The position numbers were made by a program, and so were the translations under genes. Under the pieces are notes generated by a model. The model was not told the origin of the DNA and made no database searches. It saw nothing but the letters and a program-made list of their open reading frames with translations. A stretch of 64,000 nucleotides of DNA from Candidatus Yanofskybacteria bacterium RIFCSPHIGHO2_01_FULL_44_24 (GTDB taxonomy: Bacteria > Patescibacteriota > Minisyncoccia > 2-02-FULL-40-12 > GWA2-44-9). Where the stretch lies: assembly GCA_001794215.1 (NCBI GenBank), contig MGJK01000020.1, forward strand, positions 1,016 through 65,015. Reading direction: 5' to 3'. Of the stretch, positions 51,668-62,319 are shown piece by piece. The stretch's first letter is position 1; the number at the start of each line of letters is the position of its first letter.

Positions 51668-51839
51668 ATCTAACTCCTTCTTGAAAGGTATTTAAAGGAA
51701 CCTTCTGATTATATAAAAAATTCGTAAAAAGTCAACCCCCGTGTAACTGCCCCTCTCCGGGAGGAATCGGTGATCTCTCTCCCGGACATCCTCAACTAAC
51801 CGGTACTCGCCGAAGGCCTCGCTAAACCGAAGCCATTTC

Positions 51840-52604
51840 TCATCTAAAAAATTCCTTCCACTCTGCGGGATAATCTATTTTTATGGTCTTAAACTCTTCC
51901 GTCGTAGCCGTTCTGAACGTAACCTCGGTAGCACATAAGGCTATATCTCTGCCATTCTTAAATCGTAAATCTTCATTCTTAAATCCATATTTAGTATCCC
52001 CCGCTATCGGGTGGCCCGATTCGGAAAGCTGAACCCTTATCTGATGAAACCGACCTGTCTTCGGTTCTATTTTTAGAAGGGAAAATTTATCATTCGCCCT
52101 TACTGTTTCATAATAAAGTTCCGACTCTTTGCCCTCATCGGAAACCTCAGCGATTCTTTCGTCCTCTTTTTTTACCAAAGAATGACGCAATATGCCATTG
52201 GCCGGATCCATTCGTCCGACTACCACTGCATGATATATTTTGCTTACATCCCGGCTCCTGAACTGTTCAGATAACCTTGAAGCGCCCTTGGAGGTCTTGG
52301 CAAATAAAACAATGCCCGCAACTGGCCGGTCTAAACGATGCACGATCCCCAAGAATACATTGCCTGGCTTATTATATTTTTTCTTTAAATATTCCTTAAC
52401 CTCCCCGAAAAGACTGTGGTCGCCGATACTTTTCGAAGAAGCGGGTTGGAACCCGTTAGAAGTCCGACTTGCCAAAGGCATGTCGGCAGACATCCTAAAG
52501 GATGTCTTACTTCTAACGGGTTGAACTAAAACGCCCGCAGGCTTATAAACCGCAATCAGATGATTGTCTTCGTATAATATTTCGAGATTCTTGGCGGAAA
52601 GCAT
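51840..52604 (-). CDS. RluA-family pseudouridine synthase
   Basis: ILYED.HLIAVYKPAG, VHRLDRPVAG, TGRFHQIR, GHPIAGD.KY. Confidence 0.92.
   Translation of the reverse strand: MLSAKNLEILYEDNHLIAVYKPAGVLVQPVRSKTSFRMSADMPLASRTSNGFQPASSKSIGDHSLFGEVKEYLKKKYNKPGNVFLGIVHRLDRPVAGIVLFAKTSKGASRLSEQFRSRDVSKIYHAVVVGRMDPANGILRHSLVKKEDERIAEVSDEGKESELYYETVRANDKFSLLKIEPKTGRFHQIRVQLSESGHPIAGDTKYGFKNEDLRFKNGRDIALCATEVTFRTATTEEFKTIKIDYPAEWKEFFR
52450..52522. repeat. 73-bp palindromic element (TIR AACCCGTTAGAAGT) inside the RluA gene
   Basis: 14-bp perfect TIR plus two internal hairpins; translated in frame. Confidence 0.85.
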
Positions 52605-54284
52605 CTATTTAATCGGCGGCTGCGCCGGTTTCCTGATCAATTTGAGAAGTCTATCCCTAAACACAAAGAGGATCAAGGCCGCTATGACAACCGTCAAATA
52701 CGGCCATAGGGCCAGCAATCTGCCCGTAAAATCTTCATCGCCGATTTTTAAACTGGTCGGAGGACCGACTTTCTCCATCACCCTTCCCTCGTCGGCATAA
52801 ACCACGGCATAGTATTCGCCATCCGGAATGCCGGTAATCGTCGCTTCCGAAACCCCCCTGGGCAGGGTGATCTGCTTTATTAGGTTTTTATTATTATCAA
52901 AAATATCAACCCGATAGCCTTCTTCCGGTTCTCCTCCCGAAGATGTGCTCCACTGAACCGTATAAAACCCGTTCCCGCTTTGGATATAAAGAACATTATT
53001 TTCCGGCAAAGGAGTAGGCGCGGGGGTCGGACTGCCGTCCGGAGGCGGAATCGGAGACGGCGGGATGGGTGATGGCGGAGGAGGCGGGGTCGGAGTCAGT
53101 AAGGGAGTCGGAGTCAGCGAAGGAACCTTCAGGGTAGTAAAAGCTATGGTCTGACTGGCCACACTACCAAAGGCATCATAAGAAGTGACTCTGGCAAAAT
53201 ATGTCTTGTTCGGATCAAGAACGTCACCGGTTTTTAATAAGTGCTCTAATTCAAAAGTATTATCGGATACGGCCGTAACAGTTATAAAATCAGAACTGAA
53301 ACTTATAAGAAGGTATGAATTAGCCGCTCGATCAGTATGCCAAGAAACCTCCACCGACCTGTCTGTAGCTTCGTTAATGAAAAAATCTGAGATAACTAAG
53401 GGTGAACTATCCGGAGTTCCCGAAGGAATCGGGGTTGGGGTCGGTGAAACGGTTTGAGCAGGACTGACTTCTCCCGAATCAAATGAACCGGCAGCCTGAA
53501 CCTGATTTCCCCAGATATCCCGCACCGTCAAAATATAATTATAGGTCTGATCCGGAATCGTGGACATGGCTATGCTGCAGAAATCTATTCCCGGGCCACA
53601 ATATTGATAGGCTCCGCTGAAATTTATGTTTTGATTGTATCCCTGCCCCGCCAAACCGTAAGCCATGCTATAATCAACCGGCTCGGTTGAATTGAAATCA
53701 AGACGAGTTTGATTCGTGGAAACAGGAGTTGTTGAAATATTAGACAACACCGGCGGAACAGTTTCGAATGTTTCATAAAGAGCGAATTTAAAGCTGAACT
53801 CTCTCTCTTCTGAATCTATGTTGGCGACGCCGTTTATGTATTGTGAAGAATAAGGAGCGTTGTGGCCGATAAACTGAATCCGACTGGAGTAATGAATCCT
53901 CAGATTAGGCATGCCGGTTATTATCCTGAGAGTATAATTGCTGTTATTGGTTACGGCTATCTGGTTAAAGTCTATATGGAACCTCTGGCCTCCGGCAATC
54001 GGACTGATGGTTGGAATTGTCGCCGTCTTTGAGGCCACAAGAGTACCGGCCTGATTTCTCAATTCAAAAGTGGCGGTTCCGCTTGAACCGCTATTATCAA
54101 GCCAGAGATCCAATCCGCCCAAGAAATCGTTCTGGGGCATAAATATTTCCGACGGAGAATCGACGCTAACCGGGTATAAAAACGATGAGTTATCGGGATT
54201 AAATTCGAAAAAAGGACTTCCGTGGCCGAAAGATACGAGGGGCGTAAAAACAAAAATAAGTACTAAAAAGCTTATTTTTTTCAC
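52605..54284 (-). CDS. Surface protein with FN3-like domains, Pro/Thr linkers and C-terminal TM anchor
   Basis: Signal peptide, VSWHTD...LDPNKTYFARV, PT-rich linker. GTG start 6 nt after TATAAT. Confidence 0.75.
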   Translation of the reverse strand: MKKISFLVLIFVFTPLVSFGHGSPFFEFNPDNSSFLYPVSVDSPSEIFMPQNDFLGGLDLWLDNSGSSGTATFELRNQAGTLVASKTATIPTISPIAGGQRFHIDFNQIAVTNNSNYTLRIITGMPNLRIHYSSRIQFIGHNAPYSSQYINGVANIDSEEREFSFKFALYETFETVPPVLSNISTTPVSTNQTRLDFNSTEPVDYSMAYGLAGQGYNQNINFSGAYQYCGPGIDFCSIAMSTIPDQTYNYILTVRDIWGNQVQAAGSFDSGEVSPAQTVSPTPTPIPSGTPDSSPLVISDFFINEATDRSVEVSWHTDRAANSYLLISFSSDFITVTAVSDNTFELEHLLKTGDVLDPNKTYFARVTSYDAFGSVASQTIAFTTLKVPSLTPTPLLTPTPPPPPSPIPPSPIPPPDGSPTPAPTPLPENNVLYIQSGNGFYTVQWSTSSGGEPEEGYRVDIFDNNKNLIKQITLPRGVSEATITGIPDGEYYAVVYADEGRVMEKVGPPTSLKIGDEDFTGRLLALWPYLTVVIAALILFVFRDRLLKLIRKPAQPPIK

Positions 54285-54345
54285 ATACTTATTATAACAC
54301 AAAACGCGCCCTCGGGCGCGTTTTGTTCGGAATCATAATAATTCC

Positions 54346-54813
54346 TTATCGAGTGACCGAGATGGCCTCGTTTAATTCTGCGAGAGGAGCGGTAACGGTA
54401 ATTCTACCTGCGGCACCAGCCTGCATGATAGTGTAGCCGGTATTGGCCGCTGTTCCGCTTGACGGATCCATTACCATCGTCGAAACATAGGTCGGAACAA
54501 TACAGGGGTCAAGATCAATATTTCCTGACGCAGTATCATCTCCGATATTTGTTGCCGTAGCCGGCAATGTTACCGTATCCGTACCGCAAGCGGAGAGCCA
54601 GACCCCTCTTGCGTCAGCCATTCTCTGGGTAACGGCATTCAAGATAGTATTGACATTTGACCATCGCTGGGTGTTTCGAGCCTGGGCAAATTGCCTGGCC
54701 GGATTCAAGGCAACGATGACGACCGCCGCCAAAATAGCGATGATGCCGATAACGACTAAGATTTCGATAAGAGTGAATCCTTTTTGATTTCTCATAAATT
54801 TCATAAAATTCAA
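54346..54813 (-). CDS. Type IV major pilin
   Basis: KGFTLIEILVVIGIIAILA prepilin motif; start uncertain. Confidence 0.92.
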   Translation of the reverse strand: MNFMKFMRNQKGFTLIEILVVIGIIAILAAVVIVALNPARQFAQARNTQRWSNVNTILNAVTQRMADARGVWLSACGTDTVTLPATATNIGDDTASGNIDLDPCIVPTYVSTMVMDPSSGTAANTGYTIMQAGAAGRITVTAPLAELNEAISVTR

Positions 54814-54945
54814 TATTTATTTATATATTAGGTTTTAATTATACCTTTATCCGCCCAAGCGCTTTGGAGCAGATAAATCGACCATTAGTACTAATTTTAC
54901 CATCCCGAGGCTCACTTTAGGATAAGCACTTATCAACATATCCCC

Positions 54946-56397
54946 CTAAAGCTCCTCCCATGATATCTGCTCGTACTGGCTTCCAGTCGGAAAACTCGGC
55001 GGAGGGGAGAAGAGAAGATTGGGATCATAGATGATATTCCTCTGCTGATAGCCGGTGCCGTCGGTATAGGAGAACCCATATTCATCAAAAGTGGCAAGAA
55101 TACCGTAAGTGGTGATAACGGCCCGAGTATGATACGGAGAGCATCTTGGCTGATTACCTTCCGGACCACGGTAATAATTCCTACCGATGCGCCTGTTCTG
55201 CGAAACAATAGCGGCATCAATCCGAAGATCGTCCTCGCTTACCCATCCAACGGTAAAATCTCCCTGAGCAATCAGCCCAATGACATCAGTCCCGTCATAA
55301 TTCGTGTACAGAAGATCTTTATTAACCATAATATCCTTCAGCTTGGAGGGATTCTCGGGCAGAAGACCGGCAGAAATTGTCAGGCGAGCGCCATCAATCT
55401 GGCCGTCGATCCAAAGATGATCCTCCACGAAAATAACCCGATTGGCCGGAAAGGCATAATTTTGAACGAAAACTTCCTGATCGATGCTCCAGCTCCCCCA
55501 ATCCTGCTGACCCTGAACATTTATACAGCCGTTCGGCGTATTAACGGTTTTTTTAACTTTATACAAATCGAAGGTGTCGTCAGTCTTTAAAACTATATGA
55601 TATCCTTCGAATCCCTGTCCGGAAGGACCGAAATAATGTCCGCCTGACTGGGCGTCGCCCTTGATTGCCGCGATACTTGAAGTAATCCCGGCAAAATCTA
55701 CAGCCGGAACGGGAAACTGCCTGCCGGCCATGAAAACATCGGGCCTGTCCGGCACGGCAGCCGGCGGCATCGGATCTGCCGGAGCAACATGCGTATGGAC
55801 GCCGAACTCTTCATTTCCGGAATGTTCGGGATCGTTATAGTCGGTTCTGGCGCTGGTAACTATGTTATGGGCAAGGCCGTCAAAATGAACTCCCCCGTTC
55901 GAATGAACCGGCCCGAAAACTTCCGTACCCGGCGGAAAATATATATCTGAATTAGATACAGCCGCATATTTCACGAACGATGAGCGTCCCATTTTTACCC
56001 TGACCGATCTCTCAATATCGGGGTTAGTTGTAATCTTACCGGTTGACTTTATTGTGACCACTGTTGATCCTTGAACCGGAGAAGTAATGTCGAGAATGAA
56101 TTGACCGATTACATTGCCGTCCTTGTCTTTATAGTCATGCACATACGGTCCGGTCTGGCCGGTGCCATCCTGAAAATCAGCCGGATCATGGGCAAGATGC
56201 CAGCGATAATATTCGGCGCCGGCTTCAGCGATCATAAGCGCCAAAGCCCCGTCATTGCTTCGATGGGAATTTTTTAGCTGAGCATCCACCCAGATAACCA
56301 ATCCGCCTAAAATGACTATGGCAATCGAGCTGAACAATAAAACCATCAGCGCAAGCTGACCTTTCTGTCCTTCTTTGCTTAAAAATTTATTCATCAT
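54946..56397 (-). CDS. PilX-like minor pilin
   Basis: GQLALMVLL...ALMIAEAGAEY, GPVHSNG, C-terminal SWEEL. Confidence 0.8.
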   Translation of the reverse strand: MMNKFLSKEGQKGQLALMVLLFSSIAIVILGGLVIWVDAQLKNSHRSNDGALALMIAEAGAEYYRWHLAHDPADFQDGTGQTGPYVHDYKDKDGNVIGQFILDITSPVQGSTVVTIKSTGKITTNPDIERSVRVKMGRSSFVKYAAVSNSDIYFPPGTEVFGPVHSNGGVHFDGLAHNIVTSARTDYNDPEHSGNEEFGVHTHVAPADPMPPAAVPDRPDVFMAGRQFPVPAVDFAGITSSIAAIKGDAQSGGHYFGPSGQGFEGYHIVLKTDDTFDLYKVKKTVNTPNGCINVQGQQDWGSWSIDQEVFVQNYAFPANRVIFVEDHLWIDGQIDGARLTISAGLLPENPSKLKDIMVNKDLLYTNYDGTDVIGLIAQGDFTVGWVSEDDLRIDAAIVSQNRRIGRNYYRGPEGNQPRCSPYHTRAVITTYGILATFDEYGFSYTDGTGYQQRNIIYDPNLLFSPPPSFPTGSQYEQISWEEL

Positions 56398-56978
56398 AGA
56401 TTTCTTATATTAACCGAGGCTGATAAATTGATCTGGGATATCGTATCGGCCGGATTCTGATCAACGGTGATGTTTATTTTTATAAGCCGGACGAGAGGGA
56501 TATTAACGGGGAAATTCAGAGCCGCCTGGCTGCCCGTGTAGCTTGAGTCGTAGTAACTGAAAATATTGCCGGCCGAAGCTAAAACATTATGGACCGTCTC
56601 GTCTATGTCTTCATCGCCGGCAGGATATGCAAGCGGAGATCCGCTGGCCTTGGTCAATCCCCTTTTCAGGATATTGCCGTCTAAAAAGTACCTGATCTTT
56701 TCGGTTAAGCCGTCCCCGTCGATATCGCTGTAAAATGTGATTGAGTTCTGAGAAACAGATTCGATCGCATAAGCTCCGCTTACCGATTGGTTCATTGATT
56801 TCATCTCAGAAACCATTCCCCTCAAAGTAAGCTGTATTTCATACTGGCCGGTGACGCTTTCCCCGAGAAATATTCCAAAATCAGAAATATCCAGGCCGAA
56901 AGAACTTATCGTTAAAGCAAGCCCGGTAAAAATGGTGATGGCGATGATTATTTCTATTAATGTGAAGCCCTTGCTCAA
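56394..56978 (-). CDS. PilW-like minor pilin
   Basis: KGFTLIEIII. Confidence 0.85.
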   Translation of the reverse strand: MSKGFTLIEIIIAITIFTGLALTISSFGLDISDFGIFLGESVTGQYEIQLTLRGMVSEMKSMNQSVSGAYAIESVSQNSITFYSDIDGDGLTEKIRYFLDGNILKRGLTKASGSPLAYPAGDEDIDETVHNVLASAGNIFSYYDSSYTGSQAALNFPVNIPLVRLIKINITVDQNPADTISQINLSASVNIRNL

Positions 56979-57040
56979 AGAATTATGAATTATGAATTAT
57001 GAATTATGAATTTAAAATCCATAATTCATAAGCCCATAAA
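56979..57040. repeat. Heptamer tract (AATTATG)n / (CATAATT)n
   Basis: gaattat x4, then inverted units. Confidence 0.9.
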
Positions 57041-57043
57041 TCG

Positions 57044-58813
57044 CTATGGCTGCAATACCGCCCTGTAATCTTCCCAGTTGGAATTAACTATCGCGTCCGT
57101 ATCGGTAAAAGTCTGATAGCCTCCCTTTTCAATGGTTACCGTGTAGGTGTCCTGGGTCAATCCGTCAAAATAAACCTGGCCATCCGGAATGCAGGATGAA
57201 TGAAAATCAACGGTCAGATCATCGAGGCTTGGCGTAACGGAGTCGTCAACGGTTTTTAAGAAAACTTTATAACGCAGATATCTGTTGCCGTCATGGCCGG
57301 AATATATATCCGTTCCGCTGACCGTATAAAAAGAACCGGGCGTTCCGTCAGGACCTATAAAATTCCAAGTACTGTTGTCGTTGTTGGCGGCTATCTGAAA
57401 AGAGAGGCTGTCAGGACCGGCCTGAGGCGGTTGAGAAACCGGATTCCAGCTTAAGCCGTAAAAGACCGTAACCGATGTTCCGAAATCAACAGTTGAAGAG
57501 ATCAATTCCTGGCTTGAAGTCGCATACTTTCCGTTTATCTGGCCTAAGACGAGCTGGCCGGCCGGATTATCGGTTTCAACGAGTCCGGTCTTGGAGGAAT
57601 ACTGGCCGCCCGACCAATCACTCTTGTTCAAAAATTTCTGGCCGGAATATTTAATCTGACTGAGGCCCGGCCTGGAAAGAGTCACCTTGGCGTCATTTAT
57701 CATCTGGCCGTTCTGATTCTTTACGGATATTAAAATCCCCGAAGGGTTCTTGGGAGCGGTTAACCAGGTAAACCCATAGCTGCCGTTAGGATCGACAACT
57801 ACCGGGGGCATCGGCGAAGATCCAGAAATTTCAAAATTCAAATCCTGATTTCGAAAATCATATGTATCGAACTCCAAATTATAGACGGCTCTGTTACCGC
57901 TAATGTCGGTGGCGTGGGCAACGGAATATTTTAAAATATCGGGATTGGTTCCGATAAGTTTGAATCCGTCCTGGATAAAATCCATGCCCGGAATCCCCGC
58001 ACAAAATTCATCCTGAGCCCTGAAATTAAGAGTACTGACCCGATCGATAACAAAACTTATCTGAGTAACCTGCTGGCTGACGACGGTGGCATGGGGCTTA
58101 AGGGGGTTGGGATTGGCTAAGTCTCCGGGATTATATGTCCTGTCGATAGAATATCCTGACTTAGAGACGGTGATCGCATATCCGACATTGCTGACCGGAA
58201 CATCAATTAACTTAAGCGTTCCGCTTATATCGGTAACGTCGCTTATATTAACGGCCGGACTGACATTATTATTAACAACCGAAACGCCGGCCCCTGCAAC
58301 GGGTTGGCCCGAGGCGTTTATTACCTGAATAAGAAGCGTTCCCCTGTTGGTGACGCTTTCAAGGCCCTGGGGAGCGACCGTGGTGGTTATTTTTGCCGGA
58401 ATATATCTTAAACAGGCCGGACAGCTTACCTCCACCTCAATCAATTTATAATCGGCCGGCGTGCTGTCGTTGGGGCTCCCGCCCTGAAGTCCGTCAAAAG
58501 GGTCGTCCACATTCCTTACCAAAGTTTTTACGACAAAATCCACTTCCCCTAAAACAATGTTCTTTTCGGCCACTAAAACTCCAGCCGGCAATCCGCCCTG
58601 GATGCCAACATCGCCATAGGACATGTTACGGATAATCTCCAATTCATTTTCAATGGCCGATAGAGCCGTCAAATTCAAATACGACGCCGAAAAAATATCC
58701 AGTATATTCGAGTAGGCAAGGTATATGGATACTGAGACAACGGCAAAAATGGCAACGGCTATCAAGGATTCGATCAGGGTAAACCCCCCGTTCTTCTTTG
58801 AATTATGAAGCAT
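57044..58813 (-). CDS. Large minor pilin (PilV-like) with carboxypeptidase-regulatory-like domains
   Basis: GFTLIESLIAV; GQPVAGA.V...Y.ITVSKSGY. Confidence 0.8.
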   Translation of the reverse strand: MLHNSKKNGGFTLIESLIAVAIFAVVSVSIYLAYSNILDIFSASYLNLTALSAIENELEIIRNMSYGDVGIQGGLPAGVLVAEKNIVLGEVDFVVKTLVRNVDDPFDGLQGGSPNDSTPADYKLIEVEVSCPACLRYIPAKITTTVAPQGLESVTNRGTLLIQVINASGQPVAGAGVSVVNNNVSPAVNISDVTDISGTLKLIDVPVSNVGYAITVSKSGYSIDRTYNPGDLANPNPLKPHATVVSQQVTQISFVIDRVSTLNFRAQDEFCAGIPGMDFIQDGFKLIGTNPDILKYSVAHATDISGNRAVYNLEFDTYDFRNQDLNFEISGSSPMPPVVVDPNGSYGFTWLTAPKNPSGILISVKNQNGQMINDAKVTLSRPGLSQIKYSGQKFLNKSDWSGGQYSSKTGLVETDNPAGQLVLGQINGKYATSSQELISSTVDFGTSVTVFYGLSWNPVSQPPQAGPDSLSFQIAANNDNSTWNFIGPDGTPGSFYTVSGTDIYSGHDGNRYLRYKVFLKTVDDSVTPSLDDLTVDFHSSCIPDGQVYFDGLTQDTYTVTIEKGGYQTFTDTDAIVNSNWEDYRAVLQP

Positions 58814-58874
58814 GAATCATGAATTATGAGAATTCATAATTATCCTGATTCCCGCCTCCTAACCCGCGGCCCTC

Positions 58875-59936
58875 CTACCGCCCCAATGTCTGAGTGATTT
58901 TATATATCGGAGTTATAATGGCTAAAGCCACGAAACTGACTATCAGGCCCATTATCAAAAGCATGATCGGCTCCAAAATATTGGACATGGCTTTAGTGGC
59001 CTCGTCGAGTTCTGATTCGTAAAAATCAGCCAAAAACAAGATTGACTCGTCTAACTTACCCGTATTCTCTCCGACAACAATCATCTGGGAGAAGATAGAC
59101 GGAAAAATTTTGGGATTATCAATAAAATACTTAGACATCTGATCTCCCTTGCGGACACCTTCGGCAACGCTTCTAACCTCTTTTCTGTAAACAAGGTTGG
59201 TCATGGTTGAACTTGTTATTTCAAGCGCCTCGACTATCTTGATGCCGGCCCGCAGAAGAAGGCCGACCGTCCTTGCTAAGCTTATAATATTGACTGTTTG
59301 TACCATATTCCCGACATAAGGAGTGGCCAAGAGAAGTTTGTGCCATTGAAAACGAACGACCGGAATTCTTAGAATAAGAAACAGAGCAATAAACAACGCG
59401 GCTATGCCGGCAAAAACCAAAGCGCCGTAGCTTATCATAAAGGTCGAAACGGCGACGAAAACAACCGTTACCATGGGAAGTTCGACGTTAATACTTTTAA
59501 GAATCGGGAGGATCTTCGGAAAAATTACAAAAGTCATCAAAGACGTGATGCCGATAGTCGCTACGAAAATCACGATCGGATAGATCATCGCTCCGCGCAC
59601 CTTCTTCTTGAGCTCATCCTTTTTCTTTAATTCTTCGGTCAGGTACTGAAGGTTTTCGGCCAATGTTCCACTGGTTTCGCCGACTCTTACAAGATTTATA
59701 AAAAAGTCGCCGAAAACGTTGCGGTATCGTTCCAGTCCCGAAGACAAAAAATGGCCGTTCTTAACGTCGCCGATAATCTGTTCCAATATTTTTTTAAAAG
59801 CCGCGGACTTGGTTTGCTTTTTTAGAATTTCGAGACTCTGAAGAATCTGCATGCCCGACTTAACCATGACCTCCATATGGCGGGAAAAGAGCATCTTTTC
59901 TTTAAGCGACAATCTAAAGAAAATATTTTCTAACAT
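58875..59936 (-). CDS. pilC: Type IV pilus/T2SS platform protein (PilC/GspF)
   Basis: Two GspF repeats, VGETSG and VGENTG, LEP.M. Confidence 0.93.
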   Translation of the reverse strand: MLENIFFRLSLKEKMLFSRHMEVMVKSGMQILQSLEILKKQTKSAAFKKILEQIIGDVKNGHFLSSGLERYRNVFGDFFINLVRVGETSGTLAENLQYLTEELKKKDELKKKVRGAMIYPIVIFVATIGITSLMTFVIFPKILPILKSINVELPMVTVVFVAVSTFMISYGALVFAGIAALFIALFLILRIPVVRFQWHKLLLATPYVGNMVQTVNIISLARTVGLLLRAGIKIVEALEITSSTMTNLVYRKEVRSVAEGVRKGDQMSKYFIDNPKIFPSIFSQMIVVGENTGKLDESILFLADFYESELDEATKAMSNILEPIMLLIMGLIVSFVALAIITPIYKITQTLGR

Positions 59937-59942
59937 GTGATT

Positions 59943-61691
59943 TTACTCTCGAACCACCCTCAGAATTTCTTCAATGGTCGTAAATCCGGCCAATGCTTTT
60001 TTAAAACCGTCTTCAAGCAACGGAACCATGCCGTTCTTTATGGCAATCTTCTTCACCTCGCCGGCATCGGCTCTGCGCATAATAGCTTCTCTGATAAAAT
60101 CGTTCATCTCTAAGACTTCGTATATACCCATACGGCTGAAATATCCGCTTTGATTGCAAACCGAACATCCTTTGCCGTAATAAAAATCTTTGTGATTATC
60201 CAGAACTTCCTTGGGAATGTACTCGGCTAAATTATTAAACTCGGCCTCGGTGATCCTCTTCTTTGTTTTGCACTTCTGGCAAATCATACGGACCAAACGC
60301 TGGCCGATGGCAACATTAATCGTGGAGGCAACCAAAAATGGTTCGACGCCCATATCCAACAATCTCGGTAAGGTAGTGGCGGCGTCGTTCGTATGAATAG
60401 TGGACAGGAGTTTATGTCCGGTTAAGGCGGCGTTAACGGCTATGCCCGCCGTTTCTTCGTCTCTAATTTCTCCGACCATGATCACGTTGGGATCCTGTCT
60501 GAGTATCGAACGAAGTCCGTTGGCAAAAGTAAGGCCGGTTCTTTGGTTGACTTGAATCTGATCAATGCCTTCAAGAGAATACTCGATCGGATCTTCAATG
60601 GTAATGATCGAAACTTCCCGAGTATTTATTTCCTTAAGGATGGTGTACAGGGTTGTCGTCTTGCCGGAACCGGTCGGTCCGGTGGCAAGGATCATGCCAT
60701 GGGGTTTGCTCGTCGCTTTCTTTATTTTTAGCTTATCGCTATCGGTAAGAGCCATATCGTCAAGCTTTGATATCTTGGTCTGCTCGGCCAATAAACGCAG
60801 CACGGCATTTTCACCATAAAAAGTAGGGATAATGGAAACACGAACGTCGAACTCAACGCGAGGCTCTTTGGTAGTCATCTTAAAACGTCCGTCTAAGGCA
60901 GCCTGGTGCTCATCGGTTCGTATTCCGCCGAGAACTTTTATCCTGGTGATAATTCCCGAATGTAATCCTTTGCTGAACTTAAATGAATCCTGGAGTATTC
61001 CATCAATTCTCAAGCGGGCAAGAAGACTTTCTCCGAAGGGTTCCAAGTGAATATCGGAAGCACGAGCCCAGAAAGCATACTCCATCATATCATCAACCAA
61101 ATTGATGATCGATATTTCGGTCTCGGGAGATTTAAGGGCCGCTTCAACCTTAGACTTGAATTTGTTGGCCAGCTCTATAGTAAGTTCAGCCCCAACCTCC
61201 GGCGCCTTGGATGTCGTCTTGGGTTGAACTATCTTCGGCGCCTCAACGCCGGATTCGTCGGGAACCTTGGATTTTCCAACAATGAGTTTATCTTTATTCT
61301 TTAGGGCATCTTTAACGCTCGCTATTATCTCCTCCGTGCTGGTAAAAGCTTTGATAAGGTAACCGTTAGCCCCAAGCTTCATAACCTGATCTATAACCTT
61401 GGGATCGTTTACACTGAACAGGGCAATGACCGGAAGAGATTTTTTATCATGCAACTTCCTGAGCCGACGAAGCAATTCGGTGCCGTCGATATCGCCCGAC
61501 AAAGAAATATCGAGCAGCACTAAACCTGGTTTTTCCTTTCCGATTATGCTGATCGCCCCTTCTGCGTCGTATATGCTTAGAGCGTTTAACCCTTCATTGC
61601 TCATCTTTTCTACCAACAACTCGGCCATGAAAAGATTGTCCTCGATGATGAGAATGCTTTCTTTGGGCTTAAGTGCTTTTTTTGCATCCAT
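59943..61691 (-). CDS. pilB: PilB/GspE ATPase with N-terminal receiver domain
   Basis: ILIIEDN...LVLLDISL (REC); ASDIHLEP, GPTGSGKTTT, LRQDP, GEIRD. Confidence 0.92.
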   Translation of the reverse strand: MDAKKALKPKESILIIEDNLFMAELLVEKMSNEGLNALSIYDAEGAISIIGKEKPGLVLLDISLSGDIDGTELLRRLRKLHDKKSLPVIALFSVNDPKVIDQVMKLGANGYLIKAFTSTEEIIASVKDALKNKDKLIVGKSKVPDESGVEAPKIVQPKTTSKAPEVGAELTIELANKFKSKVEAALKSPETEISIINLVDDMMEYAFWARASDIHLEPFGESLLARLRIDGILQDSFKFSKGLHSGIITRIKVLGGIRTDEHQAALDGRFKMTTKEPRVEFDVRVSIIPTFYGENAVLRLLAEQTKISKLDDMALTDSDKLKIKKATSKPHGMILATGPTGSGKTTTLYTILKEINTREVSIITIEDPIEYSLEGIDQIQVNQRTGLTFANGLRSILRQDPNVIMVGEIRDEETAGIAVNAALTGHKLLSTIHTNDAATTLPRLLDMGVEPFLVASTINVAIGQRLVRMICQKCKTKKRITEAEFNNLAEYIPKEVLDNHKDFYYGKGCSVCNQSGYFSRMGIYEVLEMNDFIREAIMRRADAGEVKKIAIKNGMVPLLEDGFKKALAGFTTIEEILRVVRE

Positions 61692-61787
61692 TAACTGATA
61701 TTATACCACACAATAAGGGGCGCATAAAAACATTGATACCCACCCCTTTCCCTTTCCGATGAATTCTGATAAAATAACCCTTAACCG

Positions 61788-62315
61788 ATGCAAAAGCCCT
61801 TCCGCGTAAACAACCAGATAAGAATTCTCGAAGTAACCGTCATAGACGATCAGGGGAAACAGCTTGGAAAGATGCGGACTTTTGACGCCCTGCAGATGGC
61901 TAAAGAAAGAGGTCTTGATCTGGTAGAGGTCGGCCCCAATGTTCAGCCGCCTATTGCGAAAATCATGGATTATGGTAAATATATCTACCAGAAGGAACGC
62001 CAGGAGAAGAAGGCCAAGAACAAGCAAAAGGATCAAGAACTTAAGACCGTGAGGGTGGGATTCAAGACCGGGAATCATGACTTGAACTTTAAGGCCAGCC
62101 ATGTGAATGAGTTTTTGAAAGAAGGTCATATGGTAAAAATTGAGCTTACCCTGAGGGGACGCGAAAAGGCTCTGAGCCACATTGGACGAGAAAAACTTGA
62201 TAAATTCCTAAAAACTATCACCGAACCGCATATCATGGGCGACCCGCCCAAAAGATCCCCTTTTGGATGGATAGTAGTGATAAGAAAAGATGCTAAACTA
62301 AAAAATCAGAACTAA
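61788..62315 (+). CDS. infC: Translation initiation factor IF-3
   Basis: LDLVEV.P...PP.AKIMDYGKY.Y, RGRE. Confidence 0.95.
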   Translation: MQKPFRVNNQIRILEVTVIDDQGKQLGKMRTFDALQMAKERGLDLVEVGPNVQPPIAKIMDYGKYIYQKERQEKKAKNKQKDQELKTVRVGFKTGNHDLNFKASHVNEFLKEGHMVKIELTLRGREKALSHIGREKLDKFLKTITEPHIMGDPPKRSPFGWIVVIRKDAKLKNQN

Positions 62316-62319
62316 AATC

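Noticed and set aside
48971-51700. Integrase-bearing island at the tmRNA 3' end
   Set aside because: No integrase and no duplicated tmRNA 3' end seen in the window.
53000-53125. Pro/Thr-rich repeats (also 30240-30275)
   Set aside because: Ordinary linkers of surface proteins.
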